Source of the DNA: Octopus bimaculoides
Taxonomy: Eukaryota
DNA length: 64,000 nucleotides
Direction of reading: 5' to 3'
Assembly (NCBI RefSeq): GCF_001194135.2
Contig: NC_068992.1
Coordinates: 7,817,588 to 7,881,587, forward strand
A program made the translations under genes and the position numbers. Every line of letters begins with the position of its first letter. Position 1 is the stretch's first letter. The notes under the pieces were generated by a model. That model had not been told where the DNA came from and ran no database searches. It saw only the letters and a list, made by a program, of their open reading frames with translations. Positions 24,153 to 36,207 of this stretch are shown piece by piece.

Positions 24153-26841
24153 GCGTGGTAACGATTCTGCCAGCTCCCCGCCTTAGACTAGTCGAATATA
24201 TATTGGCTATGTCTTTGTAATTCAGTATCTCTTCCACGCATCTATATGCTTGTAAAATAAAAGCAGCATAGCACCTATGATTCTCGGAAACCGCTTTCAT
24301 GCTCAGAATTGTCGAAGCACGGAATGAACTACCCTCGTCAGCTGTTTAAGTCAGGACACCGAATATAACAAAAATTCTATTCATCCAACATTGCCCCTGA
24401 CGTATCTGCACCATTTCCTCTTTGTGGATATTTTATTATTTCTGTCTTTTTGTGTTTTGTTCTGTGTACAGTGCATACACTTTGGGCTTTTCTTCAGTTG
24501 GCTTCTTGTTGCTTTTTATCCTTTCTAATACTCTTTTTCCGACACTGTACAATAATCTTATTATCATCACTCAAGTAGCGAGCTGGCAGGATCGTTAGCG
24601 CGCCCCCAGACAAAAATGCTTAGCGGTACTTCGTCCTGCGTTCAAATTCCACCTCGGTGGAATTTCAGGGTTGATAAAATAAGTACCAATCGAGCACTGG
24701 GGTCGATGTAATCAACTTAACTTCTCCCCCCGAAAATTCTGGCTGTCTGTCATAATTTGAAAATCAGTATTTTAATGGCTATTGACAAAATGCACTTTCA
24801 GTTTATTTTCATTTATTTCTCTCAAGGCCAGATTTAGGGGTAAGCTAAATACGATACAGTTAAGGGTTTCACATTCAGAAGGACCCTCTCAAACTCTTAA
24901 TTTCTTTTTTGTTAGTCTTCGATTACTATTCCAGTCCCATTCGCCTCATAAAGCCACAAGGGAGCTTTATGGGATTATTAGTTTATTCCATAAGCACACA
25001 ACCTCAAATCTGTGTGAAGAGAACAGTACTTGACTAGTATTTTATTTTATCGACTCCGGAAGAATGAACAGCAAAGTTAACATCAGCATGATTTGATTCT
25101 AAAGCGCCGCTAGTAAATACCGCAGATATTTTCCCCGACGCACCAACGATTCTGCCAACCCATAGTTTTATTTTAATTTATGTTTAAATACCGGTTTAAT
25201 CCAATTAACGGTAATTAGCTTTATTAACTAATTAGCCCTACTATTTTGTTTTAATTCCTTAATTACACAAATTTGAAAGATTTTTTTGTTCTTTTCATAA
25301 TTATGATTAAACGTCAAAAGTTAAATTTTGCGTTATTTTCCTTATTCGGTCAATAATTACCAAATATGGTTTATAAGGTNNNNNNNNNNNNNNNNNNNNN
25401 NNNNNNNNNNNNNNNNNNNNNNNNNNNNNNNNNNNNNNNNNNNNNNNNNNNNNNNNNNNNNNNNNNNNNNNNNNNNNNNNNNNNNNNNNNNNNNNNNNNN
25501 NNNNNNNNNNNNNNNNNNNNNNNNNNNNNNNNNNNNNNNNNNNNNNNNNNNNNNNNNNNNNNNNNNNNNNNNNNNNNNNNNNNNNNNNNNNNNNNNNNNN
25601 NNNNNNNNNNNNNNNNNNNNNNNNNNNNNNNNNNNNNNNNNNNNNNNNNNNNNNNNNNNNNNNNNNNNNNNNNNNNNNNNNNNNNNNNNNNNNNNNNNNN
25701 NNNNNNNNNNNNNNNNNNNNNNNNATATATATATGGGAATGCATGGTGCTGATTAAAAAGGAAGAAAGGATAAAGGTGACATCGCCTTTCTTGCGGCCGA
25801 AAGCCTCTTTTCGCATGTCGAGCGAAGGGAAGTGCTGCTTTTGGTTAAGGCTGACGCAAAAGCGGGTGTTGCTCCTTGGTCTGGGAATATAGATTACAAT
25901 TTCGCACAGGCTGCTTTCTTGGCTCACTTCGTCAGGCTTCTACACGGTGTCTGCCGGTAAAATTTCTCTTACTCTATTTGGCTCGACCCGGAGCTATGAG
26001 AAAAATTAGCACAAAATATCGAATTAGTGTACACATGCTTAAAGTCAAAGGTGTCTCAGCCTTGACTATTCCCTCTTTTGTTTAGTACTACATCTAGGTA
26101 ATGTATCTAGGACTACATTGCCCAATATGTTGATTTAAAAACGACAATAATGATTTGAGTGACATTTGGCTGCTATTTCTAGCAAGTCTAGCTATCGTGT
26201 AGAGTGTTTCACGTGAACCAGATTGTTGTCAACCTTGGTATGCAATTCTTGGTCTGACCTCTTTTAATGTTATCACATAAAGACGTATTAATAATAATCT
26301 CATCTAGGTCATCCCATAGGACGTCCCATTTTAAAATAAATCACTTTTCTTGGTTGTATTTTTATTGCAAAATTATATTTATATGATAATACTTCTTGTT
26401 TTGTTTTGTTTTGTTGACAACAGGTTGTGCAGAGATTAGGGGGACGTAACTCTAAATTTATTGATAACGATCATAGCAACGTTATGAGTTTTGCGGCACG
26501 TTAGTGACAAATGTCTCCCTCGTTTATGAGGGGAAAGTGCAGTCAGCTAGGACTCTGCCCTCTCCTTCTTGCTGATAATGATAATAATATAACAGTAAAA
26601 AGACAGGGAACAGTGTAATCTCTTTAAATATTGCTATAACTTTTAGTTATATAATTCGATCAGAATACACTGTCTCTGAGTTTAATAAGATATCCCGCAT
26701 GCGATCCACTCCTTTCGTACTCGATGGTCATCTAGAGGGTTGCAAAACTGCTAACGTTCTTTGTTTGGGGTTAAGACAAAGCAAAACAAGGAAGCAAAAA
26801 AGACCAGAAAGAGAAACAGAGAAAAATCATTCAACATAGCT

Positions 26842-26987
26842 ATGAATCTTCTTGTCATCGGATCTGCGTGTGTAGCTATTTTAGCGATATATAGCTACTA
26901 TTCCCAAGTCCGCTACTTCAAAAACTTACCGAAATTCATCGATGGTTTTGTTGACCCAAGATTTAAGCAAGTAGAGGATGCATTTAG
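26842..26987 (+). CDS. Beta-lactamase-like gene exon 1 (MNLLVIGSACVAILAIYSYY...FVDPRFKQVEDAF)
   Basis: ATG at 26842; donor AG/gtaaga. Confidence 0.85.
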
Positions 26988-29900
26988 GTAAGACTAAATC
27001 CATTAAATTCCTCAATCAACGAGTTCAAATCGAATTGTTTTTGCTCCGTTAAATTTAACCGTTCGATTTTGTCGGACACGAGTTATCGTTCTTGTATTTA
27101 TGTCGTTCATTGACGAAATTTCTCCGACTACTATATTCACATGCCAACTAAAGTGCGATCAGCTGTGTATAAGGTCAGTTGACCGACTAGAAATAGCAGC
27201 CGTATGGCACTGTCATGGTATTAGCTGTCAGAATTGAAAGTAGAACTGACAAGGAACGTTACTGCTGGTTTGAGTTGATTCTTTGGCTACTGACTAACCG
27301 GAGCTATCTATCTGTCTGTCTGTCTATCTCACTATCTCTCTCTCTATCTATCTATCTATCACTCGTTCACCTCTGTTTGTGTCCGTAGAATTTATCAAAT
27401 TAGAAAACGCAAATTTAATATAAAAATATATTTTCTGAAATTGCAAATTATTTAANNNNNNNNNNTAGCGCGGACGCGCGACTGCGCGTTCGGGACCACT
27501 CTGCTTTAGTAGTACCTTTATACTCTGTGTGTTTTCAAACGCATGGATATAGGTGTCAAATTTGTTCCAATAACTTTCGAGTGATAAATAGATAGAGAGA
27601 GACAGACAGACAGACAGATAGCTCGCTCCAGCCAGTCATGGTATTAGCTGTCAGTAGCCAAAGAATCAACTCAAACCTTGTCAGATTTTTCTACTTTCAC
27701 TTCTGACAGCTAATACCATGACAGTAGAACTGACAAGGAACTTTACTGCTGGTTTGAGTTGATTCTTTGGCTACTGACAGCTAATATCATGACTGGCCGG
27801 AGCTATCTATCTGTCTGTCTGTCTATCTCACTATCTCTCTCTCTATATATATCTCAGATTTTTCTACTTTCACTTCTGACAGCTAATACCATGACAGTGC
27901 CAGCAAATCACATACCATTCCGTCTTTAATGAAGAAAATATTTTTTCCTTTTTTTTTTTACGCTGGCTGGTAGTAGTAGTTGGCACTCCGTCGCTTACGA
28001 CGTTGAGGGTTCCAGTTGATCCGATCAACGGAACAGCCTGCTCGTGAAATTAACGTGCAAGTGGCTGAGCACTCCACAGACACGTGTACCCTTAACGTAG
28101 TTCTCGGGGATATTCAGCGTGACACAGTGTGACAAGGCTGGCCCTTTGAATTACAGGTACAACAGAAACAGGAAGTAAGAGGGAGAGAAAGTTGTGGTGA
28201 AAGAATATATCAGGGTTCGCCACCATCCCCTGCCGGAGCCTCGTGGAGCTTTAGGTGTTTTCGCTCAATAAACACTCACAACGCCCAGTCTGGGAATCGA
28301 AACCGTGATCCTATGACCACGAGTCCGCTGCCCTAACCAGTGGGCCATTGCGCCTCCACAACGCTGGCTGGTAAGATGTGTATAAAGGACTTTTAAGTGA
28401 CGTTTTCACTTGTCTTTTCTTAAGATTCTGTTGTGTCTGGGGTGAGTCATTTTCTTTTTGTGCCTTATAATTTAACACACTCACCGGTAAAATTTCCACT
28501 TATTCCTTATTTTTATTTTCCTAAAATTTTCGTTGCGTCTTACAACCTTTTCAATAGTCTTGAGATGTTATCTCAAAGAGCTTTACTCTAACCAATCAGC
28601 CTAAGCAAACGATAGTAATTTGTGTTAAGTAGATGGTTCTTGTACATGGTGTGGAATAGTGTTTTGTTTACTGTTTACAACAGTCACCATTTTAGTTGAT
28701 AGATATTTGAATATTCTTGGAGTCTTCGTTTAGCATCGAACGAATCATGTATTATTAGGACGATTATAAAATAAGTTGTCAATATATCACGGTTATCCTA
28801 CCAACGTGGAGGCGCAATGGCCCAGTGGTTAGGGCAGCGGACTCGCGGTCATAGGATCGCGGTTTCGATTCCCAGACCGGGCGTTGTGAGTGTTTATTGA
28901 GCGAAAACACCTAAAGCTTGCTGTCAATAAATATAGTACCCAATGCATTGATTTGCCCAGTGGCCAACTATAGCACCAGACCAACCAATGCTCTGTGAAT
29001 GAATTTGATTGCCGGAAACTGCCCTAACCACTAGGCCATTGCGCCTCCACAGAGTAAAATATAGAGAAGAGTAAAAGTAAGACTCTTGGATAGAGGTGGT
29101 GGTGGTGGTGGTGGTAGTGGGGATCATGCACAGTTTGTTAGGTCAATAGCAAAAGAGAGAGAAAGAGAGAGAGAGAATGTAAAGCAACAGTAGTAATGTG
29201 TTGGTGAATGAAACATGACAAACTGGTTCTTATCATTCTTCATGATTAAAGTCCTGAGTGATAACAAACATTTAACTGGAAATGTAGAACTGCTCCACAA
29301 AGGCCCAACAAAGAAGACACTCTGTGGGGTGGTTTGACTTCCAAGAAATCTCTCAGTAAAATGGAAAAGAAAAGAAAAAAAAGACTTTGTTTTTATAAGA
29401 GAGAGGACATGTTGGATAATGTAGTCCAATGTACACTATGCCAGGAAGAAAATAAAGCAAATATAAACAAATAAATAAAATGTGAAATGATCACTGCTGG
29501 AATAATTTTAATGATAGGTCTGCTTCACCAAAAGTAATGTGTGTTTAAACAACAACATGAACAACAAAAACAGCACAGAACAAAAAGAAATAGAAGCAAA
29601 AATTCCACTCGTGCATAGAGGCAGGCATGGCTGCATGGTAAACAGCTTGCTTTCCAGACTGCATGGTCCCGGGTTCAGTCCCACTGCTTGGTAACTCGGG
29701 CAAATGTCTTTTACTATGGCCTTGGGCCAACCAAACTCGTGTGAGTGAATTTGGTAGATAGAAACTGAAAGAAGCCCATTATGTGTGTGTGTGTGTTTTG
29801 TCTTTGTGTCTGTGTTTGTTCCCCCTCCACTGATTTGAATGTGTTTACATTCCTGTAACTTAGCAGTCCAGCAAAAGAGACCAATAGAATAAGTACCAGG

Positions 29901-32501
29901 CTTAAAAAAAAGAAACATTGAGGTCAATTCCTTCAACATGAAATTCTTCAAGGTAGTGCCCCAGCATGGCCATGGTGAAATGACTGAAACACATAAAAGA
30001 TAAAAGATACAAGGTGGAAAATGATTAAGATAAAACAGTAAAAAAATAAAACTTAATTATTGAAGACAGCTTTGATAAACACTGATATAGCTTTAAAAAA
30101 AAAACATTATCTGTTCTTGGATCATTTACCTACAAAACTTAAATTTTAAACATCATTGTCAAACTAAATATTCACAACAATGCTAAGTTAGCCTACTTAT
30201 TAACCTTTGGGTTGATAAAAGAATTCACTTGTAAATATTAAGTCTAAAATCTAAACATAGAGTGTTACAATGAAAAGCAAAATGTGAATATCTGATAGCA
30301 AATGATATGTAAGATTATATATATTTTTAGGTAGAGGCATAGCTGTGTGACTGAGGAGTTCATTTTGTAGATACAAGGTTCCTGTTTTGAAATTTGCAAG
30401 ATAGCATGTATGGAGATTATACACACACACACACAAACGTGTGCATATGCACACACATGCATGTACACATACACACATGCACACACACATGCACTGACAC
30501 ACACACACATGCTCACACACACACACACACACACATCATCATCATTGTTTAACATCCACTTTCCAGTTGGATTTTTACAGTTGGATGCTCTTCCTATCAC
30601 CAACCACTCAGCAGAGTGGACTTAGTGCTTTTTATGTGGCACAAACACAGGCGTGGTCAGTTTTGGCAAGGTTTCTTACCAGTCTTTTTCCAGTACTTAT
30701 TTTATTGGCCCAGGTGGAGTGATAAAAGGTGAAAAATGTCTTCCCTAATAAATAGTAACTGGATCTCTGTTAGTTTCAACAATTAGGTTTCAGTTGTTTG
30801 ATCAATGAAATTGCCTGATCATTGTGTAAGTGGCTGAGTATCCTTTAGACAAAAATATCATTGATGTAATCCTCAGGTAAAATTAACATGATCTAATGAG
30901 TTTGCAAACTTTTTCTGTCAGTCTCATTTCACTCATAAGGCTTGGGTCACCCTAAGTCTTGGGGTACTTGCCCAAGATGCCATACAATGCAATTAAACCA
31001 AGGATCTTGTGATTCAACGTAAACTTCTAAACTATTTGGTTATGCTGTATCCACAATAGAAATTGTTATCTTGTCCTGCTTATGTATATAATCATGTTTT
31101 TGTTTTTTCTTTTTGTTTTTCTTTTTGTTCCTTTCTCACAGGCACAACTAATAAATCCCTTCAAACTCACCTTTTTGTACTTTTATTTCTTTTCTAGACA
31201 AAATGTCAACAACGAACTTGAGCTTGGTGGCACCTTTGCTGCCTATTATAAAGGAGAATTGGTGGTTGATCTATGGGGTGGTTATGCAAATACAGAATCA
31301 CCCTGGAGAAACGACACACTAGGTACCATATTCTCTGTTTCCAAAGGAGTGGCTGCAATATTAGTAGCCAAATTTGTAGAGAAGTAAGTATCTATTACAA
31401 ACAAGTTCACATAATGGTTTAAATTAGTTTGCGAGGAGAAAGGGAGATGACCTAACATTTCAGGCAGGGCCCTTTATTTGTTGTGAGTAAAATAAAGTGG
31501 TTTCTTTTTTAGGACAGGGGTTTTATTTGCAGTGAAGAAGAGAAGTGTGACATTTAAGGCAGACGTCTTCTATCAAAGGTCCTACAGGAAATCTCAGCCT
31601 ACTCTTCTTATTCCATTACTCCAATTCCTGTACTGCTTCTATTTATTATTTATCAACACCTCTGCCAGGGGTGTAGCCAGCCCACTTATGCGTACCTTCC
31701 TTCACTGGACACGAAACTTCGCTTGTGAAGACCGGTTGAGGCAAGTGAAATCTAAATCAAACTAAATTCGATGACTGGCACCCATGCCAACGTCGTCTCC
31801 TTCATTGGACACGAAACTCGGCTTGCAAAGACCTGTTGGGGCAAGCGAAAGTGAAATCGTGATAGCACCTGTGCCCAGTGTCGCCTTCCTGGCACTTGTG
31901 CTGGTGGCAGGGCTACCTCAGATGGAGAGAAACAGGAGAGAAAGATAGTGAAAATGTGACAGGGAGGAGGCAGGGAACCATACACTCAAGTTACAGGTTG
32001 AGGCATCTATCAAACTAGTCTGGGAAATTTCTGATACTACCTCGTAGTGAAGTGGACCAGGTGTTGGAAAGGTGAGACTTGTAATAATAGTATTCTGCTA
32101 AACTAACCTCTGTTACTGCAACAGAACACCTGAATATGTGTTGACACTATTTCTTTGCAGGGGTTATATTGATTATAATCAGAAAGTCAGTCACTACTGG
32201 CCAGAATTTGCTCAGAATGGTAAAGAATCCATTACAGTTGGCATGTTGGTTAGCCACCAAGTAAGTTTCCTAATTATTTTTATTCTATTTTTTTTTCCTT
32301 TTCTTTCACTTGTTTCAGTCAATGGACTGCGACCATGCTGGGGCTCTGCCTTGAAGGATTTTTAGTCAAACAAATCAACTTCAGTACTTGTTTATTCTAT
32401 CAGTCTCTTTTGCAGAACTTCAAATTTATGGGGATGTAAACAAACCTACACCTGTTGTCAGGTGGTCAGGGTAGAGAAGAAACACAAAGAGACATGCATG
32501 T

Positions 32502-32541
<40 letters not shown>

Positions 32542-32853
32542 ATTTCACATAGCTCCATCTACCAAATTCCAATCACAAAGTATTGGTGAAACTATGGTTA
32601 TAATAAAAGACATTTATTTGTTCAATGTGCTTTAAAAATCAGATCTGTCCTTAGAAAAACCAATGAAGTCCGCACTCTTGATATATTCTCACACTTGCTT
32701 TCTCTTCTTTTTTTCAGTCAGGTATAATTGGCTTTGATGACCAGCTGCAGTTCTCTTTGATGTCTTCAGACTATGATCGTTTTCTGTCCATCTTGGCTGC
32801 CCAGAAACCCCAGTGGACACCTGGTAAGTAAATCCATCACATTCTTTTTCTTA

Positions 32854-32894
<41 letters not shown>

Positions 32895-33200
32895 AATGTG
32901 TCTATATAAATTGTGATACGGCTATTGTTCACAACAGAACATGTGTGCTACCTGTGGAAAGGTGTGCCATTCAGTTGGAGAATTAAAAAGACATGTCAAA
33001 AGACTTCATTCTTTGGCACTTGTTCCTTCTGTCAACCAGCACAACTGTGCATTATGCAATAAGATGGGAAAATCTTTGGCAAGACTCCAAATCCTTGTTT
33101 GAGTGTACATGTAAAAAGAGTAAGGACTGGCTTACTTGAAATGTCTTAACTGAGGAAGATGTGCATTCAAAATATTACTATTTGGTTTAAATTTATTATG

Positions 33201-33238
<38 letters not shown>

Positions 33239-35942
33239 TAGATAGATAGATAGGGTGATAAATTGAATATTAATTCAATTTAAAACCAAGTGGCCTAGCA
33301 TATAAAAAAATCTGAAAATTCAGAAAAAAATTGTATTACACGTGTATAAGGGATGACCACTAGGTGGACATCCAATATGCTAGAAAGAGGTCATCAACGA
33401 CCCAACCACAAAGAAATCAGGTTATTAGTTTTGTTTTATGGTGCTGAAACTTTGACCCTCAACAAAAAGCTTGAAATTTACAAATATAGGAATGTTAAGA
33501 ATGGTTCTGAATACTACATGGTTCTGAATACTACATGGTTCTGAATACTACATGGTGAGCTCGCCATCTTAATCGCCATCACCACCACTACCATCATCAT
33601 CATCATCATCATCATCCACTGATGTCATTGCTGTTGTTATTAACATCAACATCATTACCATCATCACTGCCATCATCATCATCATTGTCATCGCAGGGTT
33701 TTAATTAATTATTGATTAACTCTTTTATTCATTGGTTGTGTATATATTTTTGTGATACAGGAACTAAAGTTGGATATCACGTAATAACTTATGGCTTGTA
33801 CATTGATGCATTGCTGGCCAAGGCAGATCCCTACAAGCGTCCAATTGAGAGAATTTTCCGAGAAGAGATTTCAGAACCATATGGTATGTTGCCATTCTTT
33901 ACATTTTTGAGTGTGTGTATGAATGTGTGTGTATTTGTAAATATATGTTAGTATGAATGTGTATATGTATGAATGTGTGACAACATTTAAAACAATCTAA
34001 GTATGTATGTATGTATAGATAGATAGATAGCTATACATATATAGAAGATACATAAAAACAAAGTAAGTGTTCTCATGTAAAATTTTATGAGAAAGACAAT
34101 GAGCTACATGAAATTTACTTTCCATTGCGATTAGGGGGCTTAAAGGGGGGCAAGCACCCCCTGTAAAATTTCAAATACCTCCAATTTCAATGAAAATAAC
34201 AACATAACTACTAGGTACTAAATAAAGATGATTTCAAAAATTTCACCATCTTACAATATTATTTAACCTCACCCAATAGGGTTTATAACAGAAGACAGAG
34301 CCCCTTTGAAAGTGCAAATACATCCACTTTTCATGGAAGATGCATAAAATTGGTAGAATCGGTTGTATAATTGATAAAACGATTTGTAGTGATTATTGTA
34401 TTTCCCTGTGTTCAGGACACTATTTTTTTTAAAGTAATATCTCATGAAAATTTACATGTTGAAGACTGTCCATAGCAGAACTCACATCTCTTATAAACAT
34501 GACAGGTGTGCTTATGACATCAACAGTATATATATATGTACATATATTCCTGTACTTCACCAGGTATTGACTTTTTCCAAGGAGTCCCTTATGAGGAACA
34601 GTATCGTGCTGAAACAAGAATTTACATCAAGTCTATCTGGGACATTCTGCCTTACCTTTTCTCAAAACGGTTCTTAAAACTGTGTACATCAATGTGGTTG
34701 GACAAAGACAACTATTTAAAAACGAGTGTCACAACTTTTCAGGTGAGTTGTTTTATTTAAATCCCTTCTCTCCTTGGGATAGAGTTTTTATTGAAGCTTT
34801 GCTTCTCAGTTGAAGCAGTTGAGAATAGGAAGTTCAGCCTTTTATTAAGAGTGGTGAAATTGCTGGGGCTAAACAGGCACAAACTCTCAGTATGTCTCTG
34901 AAGGCTTGTGGCAAGAACCAGGAGAAAACAAGTGTTATTTCGTCTGCTGTTACGTTCTGAGTTCAAATTCTGCCGAGGTCGACTTTGCTTTTCATCCTTT
35001 CAAGGCCGATAAATTAAGTACCAGTTACGCACTGGGGTCGATGTAATCGACTTAATCCCTTTGTGTATCCTTATTTGTCCCCTCTATGTTTAGCCCCTTG
35101 TGGGCGATAAAGAAATAAGAATATAATTATTTTATTGAATGTTGATGTCTAATTCAATGCAAATTTTACTTTTACAGATTGGTACATCATTGTATTCCCT
35201 GTCAGACCGACACATAAAGCGACTGCCATGTTCCAGCTTCAACGGTTATGCCACAGCGCGTGGTTTAGCCAAGTTATTTGGCAATATTGTCAATACGGGA
35301 AATAACAAAGAAGGAGATATCCTCTCAAAGTCTACTGTTGAAAATATTGATGATGTTGTATCCAGTCAAATCGATGCTATTTTAAATTTCCATATCGAAT
35401 TTGGTCGGGGTTTCACAATTCACAAAAATAATAAGGTTAGTATACATTTGGACACTTTATGTATGTATATATAAATATTTTTGTATATGTATGCAATTCA
35501 GAAAGTCCCGTGGGCTGCAGGTTGCTCATGACTAAAATTCTGGGCAAGGGACTAGTCGATTATATCGACTGCAGTGTTTCACTGGCACATGATTTATCAG
35601 CCCCGAAAGGATGAAAGGCAAATTCAACCTCGGCAGAGTTTGAACTCAGAACGTAGCGACGGACGAAATACCACTAAACATTTCCTCCAGCGTGCTAACA
35701 ATTCTGCCAGCTCGCTGCCTTAATAATAATAATCCTTTCTACTATAGGCACAAAGCCTGAAATTTGGGGGAAGGGGACCAGTTGATTATATCGACCCCAG
35801 TGTTTCACTGGTACTTAATTTATATATGAAAGGATGAAAGGCAAAGTCGATTTCGGCGGAAATTGAACTCAGAACTAAGCGATGAGCGAAATACCGCTAA
35901 GCATTTCGCCCAGCATGCTAACAATTCTGCCAGCTCACCGCC

Positions 35943-35986
<44 letters not shown>

Positions 35987-36207
35987 CTTACATGTATATT
36001 AAATTTATCATCCTTTAGGGCCAGAAAACGTTTTGTCACTATGGATTTGGCGGCCAAGGAGCATGCGGAGACAAAGAGAAGAAACTTAGTGTTGCTTACA
36101 TATCAAACCATTTGAATCCATTTATATTTGGAGCAGATGATCGATATAATTCTTTGGTAGATGCTGTTTACAGATCTGTTGAAATGATTGAGAAAGAATC
36201 AGCATAA
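26842..36207 (+). CDS. Serine beta-lactamase/PBP-like domain protein (beta-lactamase domain-containing protein 2-like), 428 aa, 8 exons, N-terminal hydrophobic anchor
   Basis: Exons 26842-26987, 31198-31383, 32161-32260, 32718-32823, 33761-33883, 34564-34742, 35178-35435, 36019-36207 total 1287 nt in one frame ending TAA. Motifs: DGFVDPRFKQVEDAFR, GELVVDLWGG, FSVSKG (SxxK), VSHYWPEFAQNGKESITV..LVSHQSG, GYH, TARGLAKL, HYGFGGQ (HxG). Confidence 0.93.
27205..27902. repeat. Foldback/inverted-repeat element built from reiterated modules, with ~29-bp terminal inverted repeats
   Basis: TGGCACTGTCATGGTATTAGCTGTCAGAA at the left end and its reverse complement at the right end; internal ~80-bp hairpin arms at 27601-27684 and 27730-27826; direct repeat 27681-27724 = 27854-27898. 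Confidence 0.7.
27981..28359 (-). mobile_element. tRNA-derived SINE family C, full-length copy
   Basis: Head GTGGAGGCGCAATGGCCCACTGGTTAGGGCAGCGGACTCG...TTTCGATTCCCAGAC. Related copies at 28806-28917(+), 29020-29050(-), 44840-44942(-), 58747-58795(+), and body-sharing copies at 11800-12100(-) and 46525-46850(-). Confidence 0.8.
29620..30010 (+). mobile_element. tRNA-derived SINE family A copy
   Basis: Same head, core and tail as 59625-60053, in opposite orientation. Confidence 0.8.
31198..31383 (+). CDS. Beta-lactamase-like gene exon 2 (contains catalytic SVSK at 31334-31345)
   Basis: 186 bp, ttctag / gtaagt. Confidence 0.93.
32161..32260 (+). CDS. Beta-lactamase-like gene exon 3 (GYIDYNQKVSHYWPEFAQNGKESITVGMLVSHQ)
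   Basis: 100 bp, ttgcag / gtaagt. Confidence 0.93.
32718..32823 (+). CDS. Beta-lactamase-like gene exon 4 (SGIIGFDDQ...AQKPQWTPG)
   Basis: 106 bp, tttcag / gtaagt. Confidence 0.92.
33340..33500 (+). mobile_element. Short RTE-like LINE remnant
   Basis: RGHQRP and LFYGAETLTLNKKLE motifs; followed by a 17-bp triplication. Confidence 0.35.
33501..33556 (+). repeat. 17-bp tandem triplication (ATGGTTCTGAATACTAC)x3
   Basis: Three exact units followed by ATGGT. Confidence 0.9.
33761..33883 (+). CDS. Beta-lactamase-like gene exon 5 (TKVGYHVITYG...FREEISEPYG)
   Basis: 123 bp, atacag / gtatgt. Confidence 0.92.
34564..34742 (+). CDS. Beta-lactamase-like gene exon 6 (IDFFQGVPYEEQYR...TTFQ)
   Basis: 179 bp, caccag / gtgagt. 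Confidence 0.88.
35178..35435 (+). CDS. Beta-lactamase-like gene exon 7 (...PCSSFNGYATARGLAKLFG...FGRGF..K)
   Basis: 258 bp, ttacag / gttagt. Confidence 0.92.
35730..35945 (-). mobile_element. tRNA-derived SINE family B copy
   Basis: Consensus GGCGGTGAGCTGGCAGAAT.GTTAGC...GAGTTCAA.TTCCGCCGA..TCGACTTTGCCTTTCATCCTTTC...AAGTACCAG...GGGGTCGAT. Other copies at ~10320-10500, 15410-15620, 22280-22480, 24570-24770, 25030-25165, 34910-35120, 35500-35720, 41060-41250, 45955-46170, 55005-55225, 60860-61020, 61165-61325. Confidence 0.8.
36019..36207 (+). CDS. Beta-lactamase-like gene exon 8 (GQKTFCHYGFGGQ...KESA*)
   Basis: ctttag acceptor; TAA at 36205-36207; AATAAA at 36240-36245. Confidence 0.92.
   Translation, partial: GQKTFCHYGFGGQGACGDKEKKLSVAYISNHLNPFIFGADDRYNSLVDAVYRSVEMIEKESA

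Noticed and set aside
26694-26706. NRF1-like motif CCGCATGCG upstream of the lactamase-like gene
   Set aside because: Only a partial match to the 12-bp palindrome; expected by chance.
26761-26841. N-terminal extension of the lactamase-like ORF (MFGVKTKQ...)
   Set aside because: It starts at TTG. The first ATG (26842) directly precedes the hydrophobic anchor, so this stretch is probably 5'UTR.
28806-28880. tRNA gene (also a tRNA-like stretch at ~43420-43500 on the minus strand)
   Set aside because: It has A/B-box-like motifs but continues into SINE body sequence and recurs as dispersed truncated copies; no complete cloverleaf could be built.
26842-36207. Bacterial contamination or recent horizontal transfer of a beta-lactamase
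   Set aside because: Seven canonical spliceosomal introns filled with host SINEs and host-like composition indicate a long-resident animal gene.
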